A stretch of 61,874 nucleotides of DNA from the NCBI RefSeq assembly GCF_903913935.1, contig NZ_CAIWNH010000485.1, forward strand, positions 1 to 61,874, given 5' to 3'. The number at the start of each line of letters is the position of its first letter. Position 1 is the first letter of the stretch. The stretch comes from an uncultured Mucilaginibacter sp. (GTDB lineage: Bacteria; Bacteroidota; Bacteroidia; Sphingobacteriales; Sphingobacteriaceae). Made by a program: the position numbers and the translations under genes. Of the stretch, positions 50,017-59,885 are shown in pieces. The notes under the pieces were generated by a model. That model saw nothing but the letters and a program-made list of their open reading frames with translations, did not search any database and had not been told where the DNA came from.

Positions 50017-51033
50017 TTATTTTTGCGCAGCCTTCATCAGTCCAAACGGCCCGTATTTATGCTGCATTTCGCTAAAGTGATCAGCATAAGGCCCAAATGG
50101 GAGGTCAATAGGTTTGTTTTTTAGGTCTTTCCAGTCGTTACGCTGGTCGTAATGCGGGCGGGGCTGAGAATTGATGAACGCTGCTACATTCCAGGCTTCT
50201 TCATCTGTTAGCTGAGGGCTCTTGTATGTTGCGCCAAAAGGCATATTATTTTTAACAAAACCTGCCAGGTTACCGATGCGGTACATACCGGCGCCATTAT
50301 TATAGCTATGATCTCCCCATAATGGCGGGTAGGTGTAGGTGAGCTGATCTGCGGCAAGCAAACCTTCACCATTAGCGCCATGGCAAACCCTGCATTTCGA
50401 TACAAAAACAACTTTCCCTTTATCTGGATCAGCGGGGATTTTCAAAAACGCGAGTTTTTCTGTTGCCGAACCAAACAGCTTTTTGCCCTTTTTCACCCCC
50501 TGCCCTATCCAATTGATATAAGCCATCATAGCGCGCACTTCCCTGCCGTTTGTATCGGGAACTTTACCTGCCAGGCTGCGGTTAAAACAATCGGATATAC
50601 GGCCTGAAAGCGGCTGAATTTTCCCGCTGCGGTAACTCTGTTTTGGGTAATTGGCCAGCACGCCTGAATAGTTGTTGGCGAACAGCCTGCGGCCGCCCTC
50701 AAGATGGCAATTCTGACAATTCATGCCGTTTGATAATTGGGCAATACTTCCCCTGGGGCCAAAATATTTTGCCGTATGGGCCAGTAGTTCTTTGCCATAA
50801 CGGATCATATCGCCTGTTTTGTTTTTTGGGATAGTGGTTGAATCGGGAGCTTTCCACGTATTTACGGTGTTAGCAATAGCTTTTGACGGAATCACTCTTA
50901 TACTGTCCATCTCTTTAGTCCCATGGTTTTTGTTGCATGAAATAAGAATAAACACAATAAAGAAAATCACCAAATAACTCAATTGTATTATAATCCAACT
51001 AAAAAGCCTTCTTTTTTCTTTTTTTTCACTCAT
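50017..51033 (-). CDS. Diheme c-type cytochrome, thiosulfate dehydrogenase (TsdA) family
   Basis: CQNCH and CRVCH, RISDCFNRS (free Cys), PPLWG..SYN.GAGM, NMPFG, QPRP. Confidence 0.8.
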   Translation of the reverse strand: MSEKKEKRRLFSWIIIQLSYLVIFFIVFILISCNKNHGTKEMDSIRVIPSKAIANTVNTWKAPDSTTIPKNKTGDMIRYGKELLAHTAKYFGPRGSIAQLSNGMNCQNCHLEGGRRLFANNYSGVLANYPKQSYRSGKIQPLSGRISDCFNRSLAGKVPDTNGREVRAMMAYINWIGQGVKKGKKLFGSATEKLAFLKIPADPDKGKVVFVSKCRVCHGANGEGLLAADQLTYTYPPLWGDHSYNNGAGMYRIGNLAGFVKNNMPFGATYKSPQLTDEEAWNVAAFINSQPRPHYDQRNDWKDLKNKPIDLPFGPYADHFSEMQHKYGPFGLMKAAQK

Positions 51034-51139
51034 AACTAAAATGTGTAACTATTTATAAGGTAAGATAATATAAGAGTATTTGTAAATTTAATAAGAGTTT
51101 TTAAGATATTTTAAATTTAGATAATTTGTATCTTTGAAT

Positions 51140-51313
51140 ATGTCAAAAATAATTGAGGTAGATAAATCGACCAGCAGGATAAAACTCGATGAAGCGATAA
51201 AAAAGCTGCCAAAGAGAAAAGCCCCGATAAACATTGATAAATATTTTGGTAAAATAAACTTTGGTATTGATGGGCTAACTTATCAATTTGAAGCGAGAGA
51301 TGAGTGGAGATAA
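51140..51313 (+). CDS. Putative antitoxin (57 aa, not in ORF track)
   Basis: MSKIIEVDK...IDGLTYQFEARDEWR*; overlaps the vapC start by 14 nt. Confidence 0.75.
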   Translation: MSKIIEVDKSTSRIKLDEAIKKLPKRKAPINIDKYFGKINFGIDGLTYQFEARDEWR

Positions 51314-51671
51314 CATTGTTGTTGATACCTCGCTCATCATAAATCTGTTCAACGGGGTAAATGAAGTAAGAGAATTAATCAACAACCGCAATCTCTTTGT
51401 TTCCATAAAATCCGAAATAGAGGTTTTAAGCTTTCCAAATATTACCCAAAAAGATTCAGCCCTATTAAAAGATTTTTTAGCGCAATGCCATATTGTTGAT
51501 ATCGAACCAGCAATTAAAGAAATCACTATCAGCATTCGTTCCAGGTACAAAGTAAAGCTGCCGGATGCCGTTATTGCTGCAACGGCTATATATTATGATT
51601 TACCTTTATTCACAATGGATAAAGGTTTTAAACGGATAACCGACCTTCAGGCAATTATCCTTGTGCTATAA
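51300..51671 (+). CDS. vapC: PIN-domain toxin
   Basis: IVVDTS, EIE, KLPDAVIAATA, TMD acidic quartet. Confidence 0.88.
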   Translation: MSGDNIVVDTSLIINLFNGVNEVRELINNRNLFVSIKSEIEVLSFPNITQKDSALLKDFLAQCHIVDIEPAIKEITISIRSRYKVKLPDAVIAATAIYYDLPLFTMDKGFKRITDLQAIILVL

Positions 51672-51736
51672 TTTGATTTATTAAGTGAATCATACTTTTC
51701 TGTATAATCCTAACTTTACGGCGATAATTTTTTCTA

Positions 51737-53455
51737 ATGCCAGATAACGTTTCATATACCTCGGTCAAATCCAACAAAATCATTCTTTATTTTTTGGTGT
51801 TTTGGACGATATTGAACGCCGTACAGGCTTTTACCCTTGAGTTGCAGGCGGACGAAGCATACTACTGGATGTATTCCCGCTACCTGGATTGGGGTTATTT
51901 TGATCATCCACCCATGGTGGCTCTGTTTATCCGATTTGGCTATGCATTAATCCATAATGAGTTTGGAGTAAGGTTGTTGACCGTGCTTGCCAGTTCGGCA
52001 TCCGTCTACCTGCTTTGGCTCATCCTAAAAAAATACGCGGTGGATGCTGTGGCCTTCGTACTGGTGGTTTCGGGGATTTTCATTTTCCATATTTATGGCT
52101 TTACCATCACACCGGATGGGCCGCTCTTCTTTTTTACCGTTTTGTTTTATTACGTCTACCAGCGATATATTGAACAGGAAAATTGGGGGCTTGCAATTAT
52201 ATTGGCCGTGGTTATCGCCTGCCTGCTTTACAGTAAATACAATGGGGTGTTGCTGATCGGGTTTACGGTGCTAGCCAATATCAAATTGTTAAAGCGCGGA
52301 TCGTTTTGGGCCATCGTTATTTTATCAGGTGTACTTTATCTGCCGCATATATTATGGCAGGCAAATCATGGCTATCCTTCCATCAATTACCATTTGTTTG
52401 AACGTTCGGCCCGTACTTATGATTTAACCGATACCTTCTCTTATATTCCAGGGCAGTTATTTATGGCGGGCCCGCTGATTGGCTGGTTCCTTTTTTACAA
52501 AGCGTTTACTACCAAAATAAAGGATGCCTTTGTGCGAACCCTAATGGTGAACTGCGTAGGAACTTTTATTTTCTTTTTCTTTAGCAGCAGTCGCGGCGAG
52601 GTGCAACCGCACTGGACTTTCATCCTGTTTGCCCCATTGGTGATGCTTGTACTCATCCATTTTAAACAGCAAAACGGCAGGCCGAAATGGCTTTTCCCAT
52701 TGGCGATGATTAATTTGAGCCTGATATTAGTAGTAAGGCTGATCATTATTTTCGGTTTCGGCTTCGCCAGGACTTATGGCCATTTAAAAAGCTATTATGG
52801 CTTTAAAGATTGGGCACATGTGGTAAATGAAAAAGCAGGCGACCATTATGTGGTAATGAGCGAGGGTTTCCAAAACCCGGCGAAATACGATTTCTATACC
52901 AATAGCCTGAAATGCTTTGCCTATGATACCCGCTATTACCGACGCACCCAATTTGATATCTGGCCGATAGAGGATAGCCTTCAACATAAAAAGGTATTTT
53001 ATTTAAATTGGTTCCCCATAAAAGGCCTGACTACCGATTCTATAAAAGTGCCGGCCGGCACCTGGTACACCGCCTGGATTGACGATTTCCGGACCTACCA
53101 GCAAATCATTTTCGAAACCTCAACATATAAAATTACAACAGCACCGGGCAAGAAAACCAATTTCCAATTAACTTTTAAAAATCCATATCCTTATGCCATT
53201 AGCTTTGGCAATAAGGGTTATACACATGCTGTTGTTTTGGAGGCCTGTTTTTTTAAGGGCGGTAACGTTGTTAATGCCCAAAAAGCCGATAGCACATTCA
53301 ATCAAATAAATTTAAAGCCAGGCGAGACAGGTAGTTATAATTTTACGATAAATGCACCGTTGGAGAAAGGAAGTTACGACCTGCTGTTTTCGCTGCGTAC
53401 CGATCCGTTCCCGGGAAGCAAAAATGGCAGAATTATTACCTTTACAGTTAAATAA
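51737..53455 (+). CDS. GT39/ArnT-like (GT-C) glycosyltransferase
   Basis: DEAYYW, GYFDHPP, TPDGP, SKY; many TM helices; soluble C-terminal domain. Confidence 0.88.
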   Translation: MPDNVSYTSVKSNKIILYFLVFWTILNAVQAFTLELQADEAYYWMYSRYLDWGYFDHPPMVALFIRFGYALIHNEFGVRLLTVLASSASVYLLWLILKKYAVDAVAFVLVVSGIFIFHIYGFTITPDGPLFFFTVLFYYVYQRYIEQENWGLAIILAVVIACLLYSKYNGVLLIGFTVLANIKLLKRGSFWAIVILSGVLYLPHILWQANHGYPSINYHLFERSARTYDLTDTFSYIPGQLFMAGPLIGWFLFYKAFTTKIKDAFVRTLMVNCVGTFIFFFFSSSRGEVQPHWTFILFAPLVMLVLIHFKQQNGRPKWLFPLAMINLSLILVVRLIIIFGFGFARTYGHLKSYYGFKDWAHVVNEKAGDHYVVMSEGFQNPAKYDFYTNSLKCFAYDTRYYRRTQFDIWPIEDSLQHKKVFYLNWFPIKGLTTDSIKVPAGTWYTAWIDDFRTYQQIIFETSTYKITTAPGKKTNFQLTFKNPYPYAISFGNKGYTHAVVLEACFFKGGNVVNAQKADSTFNQINLKPGETGSYNFTINAPLEKGSYDLLFSLRTDPFPGSKNGRIITFTVK

Positions 53456-53473
53456 AACCCCTATTATTAAACA

Positions 53474-54496
53474 ATGAAAAAACTCTACTTTACTTTCCTG
53501 ATTTTAGTTATAACGGGAAGCGCTGCCCTTGCGCAAAGCATCGACGTAAATTTTAGCGGCCTTGGCTTTTTGGATAACCGTGAGTATAAAGATTTTGTTG
53601 CCCGCTCCCGCACTTATTCAGGCATGCGAACCGAACTCGATTTCGGCTTAAATATTGATAGCTTAAACCATTTTATAGTAGGCGCTAATGGTATACATGA
53701 ATTTGGTGCGGTGCCTTTCTTTTTAAAAGTGAACCCTGTAGCATATTATAAATTTAAAAGCAACACCTGGCAATTTATGGCGGGTGAATTCCCGAGAACT
53801 GACTTGCTTGATAATTACCCCAGGGCGCTATTGAATGATACCCTTCAATATTACCGCCCGAATGTGGAAGGTTTGCTGGCCAAATATCAAACTTCCCATT
53901 TTATGGAAACCGGCTGGATTGATTGGGTGAGCAGGCAAACGGATACCGCCCGCGAGCAGTTTTTATTTGGGTTTGAAGGCAAGTACAAACCATCGCTAAC
54001 CGGGCCGTTTTACATTGTTCATTATTTTTTGCTGGAGCATAATGCCGGAGCGGCAATACTGCGGCCCGATGACCATATACAGGATAACGGCGGCGGGCAG
54101 GTTAAACTGGGGCTTGATTTTAGCCATAAACAAAAAGCCTTTGACTCCTTAACATTTGAAGCGGGGGTGATGATATCGATGGAAAGGACCCGCGGTGTTG
54201 ACGGCCTGCAAACGCCAAAAGGGTTTATCGCCAGCGCTTATGGAAGCTTTAGCCGCTTTGCCATTTTTGATGAATTTTATTCAGGGCAGGGATCGCACAT
54301 CAACTTCGGCGATTCGTTTTACGAAAAGAAATTTTATAACCGCCTCGACCTGATCTTTAACACCTTCGTTTATAAAGGGCTTCGAGGGAAATTTGTATTG
54401 AGCGTACACCGAACGCCGGGCTACACAAGTAACCAGGAAGCATTTAACGTATCCTATGATTTGGGAAGACGAGTGATCGGGAGGTTTAAGAATTAG
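53474..54496 (+). CDS. Hypothetical exported protein, probable outer-membrane beta-barrel
   Basis: Signal peptide, FLDNREY, IDWVSRQ, amphipathic strands. Confidence 0.7.
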   Translation: MKKLYFTFLILVITGSAALAQSIDVNFSGLGFLDNREYKDFVARSRTYSGMRTELDFGLNIDSLNHFIVGANGIHEFGAVPFFLKVNPVAYYKFKSNTWQFMAGEFPRTDLLDNYPRALLNDTLQYYRPNVEGLLAKYQTSHFMETGWIDWVSRQTDTAREQFLFGFEGKYKPSLTGPFYIVHYFLLEHNAGAAILRPDDHIQDNGGGQVKLGLDFSHKQKAFDSLTFEAGVMISMERTRGVDGLQTPKGFIASAYGSFSRFAIFDEFYSGQGSHINFGDSFYEKKFYNRLDLIFNTFVYKGLRGKFVLSVHRTPGYTSNQEAFNVSYDLGRRVIGRFKN

Positions 54497-54508
54497 TGTT
54501 TGGAAATT

Positions 54509-54551
54509 AAAGAGCGGAGATTAGAAGAGAAACTAATCTCCGCTCTTTTTT
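54509..54551. terminator. Bidirectional intrinsic terminator
   Basis: aaagagcggagattag-8nt-ctaatctccgctcttt followed by T-run, between convergent genes. Confidence 0.8.
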
Positions 54552-54624
54552 CACAACTCAGATCATTATTGCCGAAACGTCAGTTGCAGCTTCTTTCGGA
54601 CTTTACTGACTTTCGGCCTAATCT

Positions 54625-55362
54625 CTAGAACCTCGATATATCCCCGCTGCCACTTTTACGGCTGTTGACTACTTTTGCAGACCCTGTATAGCGAATATCG
54701 CCCGAGCCACTTACTGACGCGTCAATTCTTTCACTTACGTTTACCTGTGCATCGCCTGAACCGGAAACCCTTACAGCGCAGTTAGCAGTAAGCAAATTGC
54801 GGCCAGTAAAATCGCCCGATCCAACCAAACTAACCCCTGCAGTTTCGGCACGCCCTGAAAGTTTCATGTCGCCCGACCCCGTTATACTGCAATCAAGGTT
54901 TTTAGCATCTACCCTGCCTGTCATATCGCCCGAACCGCTGATACTTAAGCGTAATGTGTTTGATGAAATCCCATCTTTAAAAAAGGCATCGCCTGAACCA
55001 GTTAGATTAATGCTGTTAATGTTTTTTGCGACTACATATACGACAATTTTTTTATGGTGCCCCCAAAGGTCGCCCCAATTAAACGTATCGTGTTTGTTGT
55101 ATATTTTTAGAACTCCGCCATCCACCTCAGTAATTATGCGGCTCATAATTTCAGCGGGCGCTTCCACCTTAACAGATTCTGTTGAACCCTGGGTGATATA
55201 TACGTCAAACGAACCCGCAACATCTACGGCATGGAAACCCGTAAGATGGCGGTCGACTATTTCTGAAAAATTTACATTTACAGCTGAATGGGATTTTGCG
55301 ATAGAAACGCCGCTAGTGGCCAACAGCACGATTACGGCCAAAATCCTTGTAATTGATCTCAT
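54625..55362 (-). CDS. Head GIN domain (DUF2807) protein
   Basis: Signal peptide; repeated SGSGD beta-solenoid units. Confidence 0.9.
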   Translation of the reverse strand: MRSITRILAVIVLLATSGVSIAKSHSAVNVNFSEIVDRHLTGFHAVDVAGSFDVYITQGSTESVKVEAPAEIMSRIITEVDGGVLKIYNKHDTFNWGDLWGHHKKIVVYVVAKNINSINLTGSGDAFFKDGISSNTLRLSISGSGDMTGRVDAKNLDCSITGSGDMKLSGRAETAGVSLVGSGDFTGRNLLTANCAVRVSGSGDAQVNVSERIDASVSGSGDIRYTGSAKVVNSRKSGSGDISRF

Positions 55363-55525
55363 GATTTGTATGTTTTATAGAATAAGACAACACTTAAAAC
55401 AATAAGGTTGCACTAAAGTTACGAAATCAGGCTTATTATTTTAATATCAATACCCGACGAATAATATACAATAATGAATTAAGAGCGTCGAAATGCTGAA
55501 TTCAAAATTTAAAAAACATATTATT

Positions 55526-55547
55526 TCCCCCTTTAGGGGGCCGGGGG
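55526..55547. repeat. Short REP-like hairpin
   Basis: tccccctttagggggccggggg immediately after the M1 peptidase stop codon. Confidence 0.55.
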
Positions 55548-55548
55548 C

Positions 55549-57207
55549 TTAATCCACCAGCACCCCTATATAATAATTAAACGTATCCACCTCTATGTTT
55601 TCCCTGGTAGCGCCTGTTATAGAAATTGGTCTGAATCTGGTTGAAGGCTGAATGTACTGGTATTCGCCGCCTTTTAGCTTTACCCTTACAGGCATATTAA
55701 AATCATTTGCATCAGCCTGCCAGCGGCAATTTAATTTCCCGCGGATCTCCATAAACTCCAATATCGGAAGATTTTTATAATGCAGGTACTGGTCAAATAC
55801 AGGTTTCAGGCTTTTGCCTGATTGATTACTGATATAATCAACAACATCATCATATGTTACCGTTTGGTGGTAAAAAGTTTTGTTTAAGCCCCGCAATATA
55901 TTGCGCCATTTTTCATCGTCATTAATAATGGTGCGAATCATGTTCAGCAGGTTACCACCTTTGTAATACATATCTCCCGAGCCTTCTTTGTTTACACCGT
56001 AAATACCTACAATCGGGCGATCGTTTTCAATAGACATCCGGGTACCATGTACATATTCCTGCCCGGCCTGTTTGCCGTAGCGCTGTTCAACAAATAAGGA
56101 TTCGGAGTAATTGGTAAAACTCTCGTGGATCCACATATCGGCGAGGTCTTTTGAAGTGATGTTGTTCCCAAACCACTCATGCCCGCTTTCGTGCACAATA
56201 ATAAAATCCCATTTCAGCCCCCAGCCTGTTCCGGAAAGGTCGCGGCCAAGATAGCCATTGATATAATGATTGCCATAGGCGGTTCCGCTTTGGTGCTCCA
56301 TACCCAGGTGCGGGGCCTCTATCAGTTTATAGCCATCTTCGTAAAAAGGATAAGGGCCAAACCAATGTTCAAATGCGCTGATCATATCCTTCACATTCTC
56401 CCCAAATTGTTTTTTAGCTTTTTCAAGGTTATACGCCAATACCCAGTAATCCAGCGTCAGCTTTCCTTTTTCGCCGTTATAAGTATCGCTAAAATGGGTG
56501 TATTTACCAATATTGGCTTCAATATCATAGTTGTTGATAGGGTTTGAAACAAACCAATCATAACGGGTATACCCATTTTTCAGGTCAGTTACTTTTCTGA
56601 GGCGGCCGTTTGACGCATCCTGCAAGCCGGTGGGAACGCTGATACTGATCAGGGCGCTGTCTACCTCATCGGCTTGCTGATCCTTATTCGGCCACCAAAC
56701 GCTGGCGCCCATGCCCTGGCAGGCCGTAGCCACCCACGGATTACCTGCTGAATCTGTTTTAAAAACTATACCACCATCCCAGGGCGCATTTTTAGCAATA
56801 GTGGGGTTGCCCGAATAATACACCGTAAACTCATCCTTACTGCCTTTAGCTATCGTAGCCGGGAAAGTAACAAACACAGCATTGAATTCGCGGGTGTAAG
56901 GTAATTCCTGCCCCTTATAAACTACTTTTTCAACTTTTAAATTGGCAAACAGGTCGAATTGCAGTTTGGTAAAATCCTGCATGGCGGTAAATTTAAAGAG
57001 CGTGCTCCCGCTGATGAATTTATGCTCGATATCAAACTTAACATCCAGGTGGTAATACCCGATATCATAGCAGGTACGGAATGGGGTTGATAAATCTCCC
57101 CGCAGGGTATCGGCACGTGTAAATACTGCTTTTGCTTTACCCAACTGAGCGTTTGCTTTTAGCGTAAGAAGCCCAAGGGCCAAAAGTAACAACTGGTATT
57201 TTTTCAT
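55549..57207 (-). CDS. M1-family metallo-aminopeptidase
   Basis: GMEHQS, HESGHEWFGN...WIHE, MYYKG. Confidence 0.93.
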   Translation of the reverse strand: MKKYQLLLLALGLLTLKANAQLGKAKAVFTRADTLRGDLSTPFRTCYDIGYYHLDVKFDIEHKFISGSTLFKFTAMQDFTKLQFDLFANLKVEKVVYKGQELPYTREFNAVFVTFPATIAKGSKDEFTVYYSGNPTIAKNAPWDGGIVFKTDSAGNPWVATACQGMGASVWWPNKDQQADEVDSALISISVPTGLQDASNGRLRKVTDLKNGYTRYDWFVSNPINNYDIEANIGKYTHFSDTYNGEKGKLTLDYWVLAYNLEKAKKQFGENVKDMISAFEHWFGPYPFYEDGYKLIEAPHLGMEHQSGTAYGNHYINGYLGRDLSGTGWGLKWDFIIVHESGHEWFGNNITSKDLADMWIHESFTNYSESLFVEQRYGKQAGQEYVHGTRMSIENDRPIVGIYGVNKEGSGDMYYKGGNLLNMIRTIINDDEKWRNILRGLNKTFYHQTVTYDDVVDYISNQSGKSLKPVFDQYLHYKNLPILEFMEIRGKLNCRWQADANDFNMPVRVKLKGGEYQYIQPSTRFRPISITGATRENIEVDTFNYYIGVLVD

Positions 57208-57246
57208 TTAAATCGGTGTAATCTTTTTAAAAATCGATGTAATTCT

Positions 57247-59121
57247 CTATTCTAATACGGTAACTTTCACATTTGAAAGCGCGGCATCATTATGATAGAT
57301 CCTGATGGTTGCTTTTTGAAAATCGGCATCTTTTGCCTGGTTAATATCCTCAAATTTTTGCGGATTGCGGTCAACCAGCGGGAACCATGAATTTTGTACC
57401 TGGATCATGATCCTGTGGCCTTTTTTAAATGTGTGGGCAACATCAGGAAGGTTATATTTAACCTCCGTAACTTTCCCCGGCACAAAGGGCTCTGGTTTTT
57501 CGAAAGAGTTACGGAATTTCCCCCTGAAAACCTCTCCCCTAACCAGCATCTCATAACCTGCCATCGTAACGCTTTTAGGATTTGGTTTTGGATCAGGATA
57601 ATTATCCGGAAAAACATCGATCAGTTTTACTACAAAGTCGGCATCAGTGCCTGAGGTTGAAGCAAACAGGTCGGCAATTACCGGCCCGGTAAGCGTAATA
57701 TCGTCCTTTAATGTATCTGTTTGGTAAACCTTCACATCGGGCCTTCTTCCGGCGAAGCGCTGGTCATCCAGCATATATTCCCTGGTACGGTGCGCCTGTA
57801 TCCCATCCTGGTACGGAACCGGTGAATTGGGATCACTGATGTACTCATCAAAACCGGCGTTCTTTGATTTTTGAGCAGCGAAAGAAAGCTGGCCATTGGC
57901 ACCAAAATACAACGTTTTCTCTACGGTATTTTTAGGCGGCCATTGGTTAAACTTATGCCATTCGTTACTGCCGGTAATAAATATGGTAGCTTTTGGCAAG
58001 TCGAGTATTTTTTCATCCTTCAGGTAAAACTTAAAAAAGGGCAGCTCAACATTTTCACGAAACCATTCGCTTGTTTTGGAGCCGAAATTCTGGTCGCCAA
58101 AAAACTGCCCGTCGCCCCGCTCCCAGCCGCCGTGAAACCAGGGACCCAATACCAGCATATTGGGGTGCGTTGCAGGGTTTTGTTTTTCTAATGCCTTAAA
58201 AACCTGTTGAGCGCCAAAGGCGTCTTCCGCATCAAAAAAACCACCAACCACCATCGTCGCAGGTGTGATATTTTTAAGGTGCGGGCGGATATTCATCGCC
58301 TTCCAAAACCAATCATAGTTGGGATGGGCCATCATATTGTCCCAAAACTTTACAGAATCGCCCAAATAGCGCTTTTTATAGTTGGGTAATGCCCCTAAAT
58401 CCAGGTAAAAATTATAATTATCCGTCTCCTTATATTTAACCGGGTTTTTAAATTCTGCCGGTGTTATGGGTTTAGGGCGCGGCACGCCAAAACCAGTCAT
58501 AAAAGAAAACGCGTCCATTACAAAAAGAGCCCCGTTATGATGAAAATCATCGCCAATGAACCAGTCGGTAACCGGTGCCTGCGGCGATACGGCTTTTAAA
58601 GCCGGGTGGGCATTCGGCAGGGAGGCCGTTGAATAAAAACCCGGATACGAAATCCCCTCTATGCCAACTTTACCATTATTATTGGGCAGGTTTTTAATCA
58701 GCCAGTCAATGGTATCATAGGTATCCGAGCTTTCGTCAGTTTCTTTAGTGGTTTTTTTATGATCAATATCGGGGCGCACATCAACAAATTTTCCTTCACT
58801 CATCCAGCGGCCCCTAACATCCTGGTAAACAAAAATAAACCCTTCCCTGGCTAACAGCATATTCTGGCCCAACGTGCGCTTGTAATCGTTTTCGCCATAC
58901 GGGCCAACGCTGTAAGGCGTACGGGTCATGATGATCGGATATCTTTTGGATTGGTCCTTTGGAAGATATATCGACGTAAACAGGCGGATCCCATCACGCA
59001 TGGTGATATACTTTTCCATCTTGGTATAATGCTCCCTCACATACAGTGAATCTTGCGATGGTTGTGCATCCGCAGATGCAAATAATAATGCAGCCCCAAA
59101 CAGGAGAAATAGCTTTTTCAT
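57247..59121 (-). CDS. CocE/NonD-family hydrolase (second paralog)
   Basis: ATG 59121 with signal peptide; GISYPG, DDFHHNGA, GPWFHG. Confidence 0.93.
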   Translation of the reverse strand: MKKLFLLFGAALLFASADAQPSQDSLYVREHYTKMEKYITMRDGIRLFTSIYLPKDQSKRYPIIMTRTPYSVGPYGENDYKRTLGQNMLLAREGFIFVYQDVRGRWMSEGKFVDVRPDIDHKKTTKETDESSDTYDTIDWLIKNLPNNNGKVGIEGISYPGFYSTASLPNAHPALKAVSPQAPVTDWFIGDDFHHNGALFVMDAFSFMTGFGVPRPKPITPAEFKNPVKYKETDNYNFYLDLGALPNYKKRYLGDSVKFWDNMMAHPNYDWFWKAMNIRPHLKNITPATMVVGGFFDAEDAFGAQQVFKALEKQNPATHPNMLVLGPWFHGGWERGDGQFFGDQNFGSKTSEWFRENVELPFFKFYLKDEKILDLPKATIFITGSNEWHKFNQWPPKNTVEKTLYFGANGQLSFAAQKSKNAGFDEYISDPNSPVPYQDGIQAHRTREYMLDDQRFAGRRPDVKVYQTDTLKDDITLTGPVIADLFASTSGTDADFVVKLIDVFPDNYPDPKPNPKSVTMAGYEMLVRGEVFRGKFRNSFEKPEPFVPGKVTEVKYNLPDVAHTFKKGHRIMIQVQNSWFPLVDRNPQKFEDINQAKDADFQKATIRIYHNDAALSNVKVTVLE

Positions 59122-59760
59122 TGAATTGATTTGTTTTTTAAAGGGATTACGGCTACCACCAGGCACAAAAAGGACATAAAGCGGAGATTGGATAATGGCG
59201 CCATTCTAATAAAGTCAGTTAATGAGGCTAATTTAGTAAGATAATTGTTCATTTGCTATTGTTTTAATACTGTTACAAAACACCATTTCGATATAAAAAT
59301 GGTTAGGAATTTTAATTATGTATACCTAATACCGCTGTTGGTATAGAGAATACCCGCGTTGGTGTAATTAATTTGCAACTTGATTTTACAACATAACCTT
59401 TGACATAAGTAAGATCGCCGGAGGGGGGGGGAGAAAAATGTCCTCAAACACTATTCTCCGGCTAAAAGCTTCAAGGGCTTTAACCTATTCCTTATTATTT
59501 GTTGCCTGGCTTTAGGATCAATTCTTCCATAATTTAGCTGTTTTTTTATTGGTTTTTATCTCTGTTTTTAATCCGATACAGGTTAAATTTATTCAATACC
59601 CGCATCATTTGTTTACTTATTAAAATATTTTAAAAAGTTTTGAGGATATTAATTTTAATTTATTAAGTTTGTATTGAATAATGCATAAAACATCATTAAA
59701 CGGACTATTCTTTGGCCTTATGTCGGTAAGGGTAATTTTGATAGTTAAATTGGTTTGAAT

Positions 59761-59787
59761 AAATCCTCGTTTAGGCGGGGATTTTTT
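59761..59787 (+). terminator. Terminator-like hairpin upstream of nagB
   Basis: aaatcctcgt-ttag-gcggggattt followed by T-run. Confidence 0.6.
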
Positions 59788-59885
59788 ATGCAATGTTCTT
59801 TTTATAAACCATTTTTTCTGAGTCTTGAGCCGAAAGGCTTGAGCCAAAGGCGGACTTCAGACGAACGACTTTAGACATAAACACA

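Noticed and set aside
54797-55405. 202-aa plus-strand ORF and other short antisense or overlapping ORFs in the track
   Set aside because: Shadow frames of well-supported genes with no recognisable motifs.
59620-59847. 75-aa minus-strand ORF upstream of nagB
   Set aside because: Low-complexity translation running through promoter, terminator and repeat sequence.
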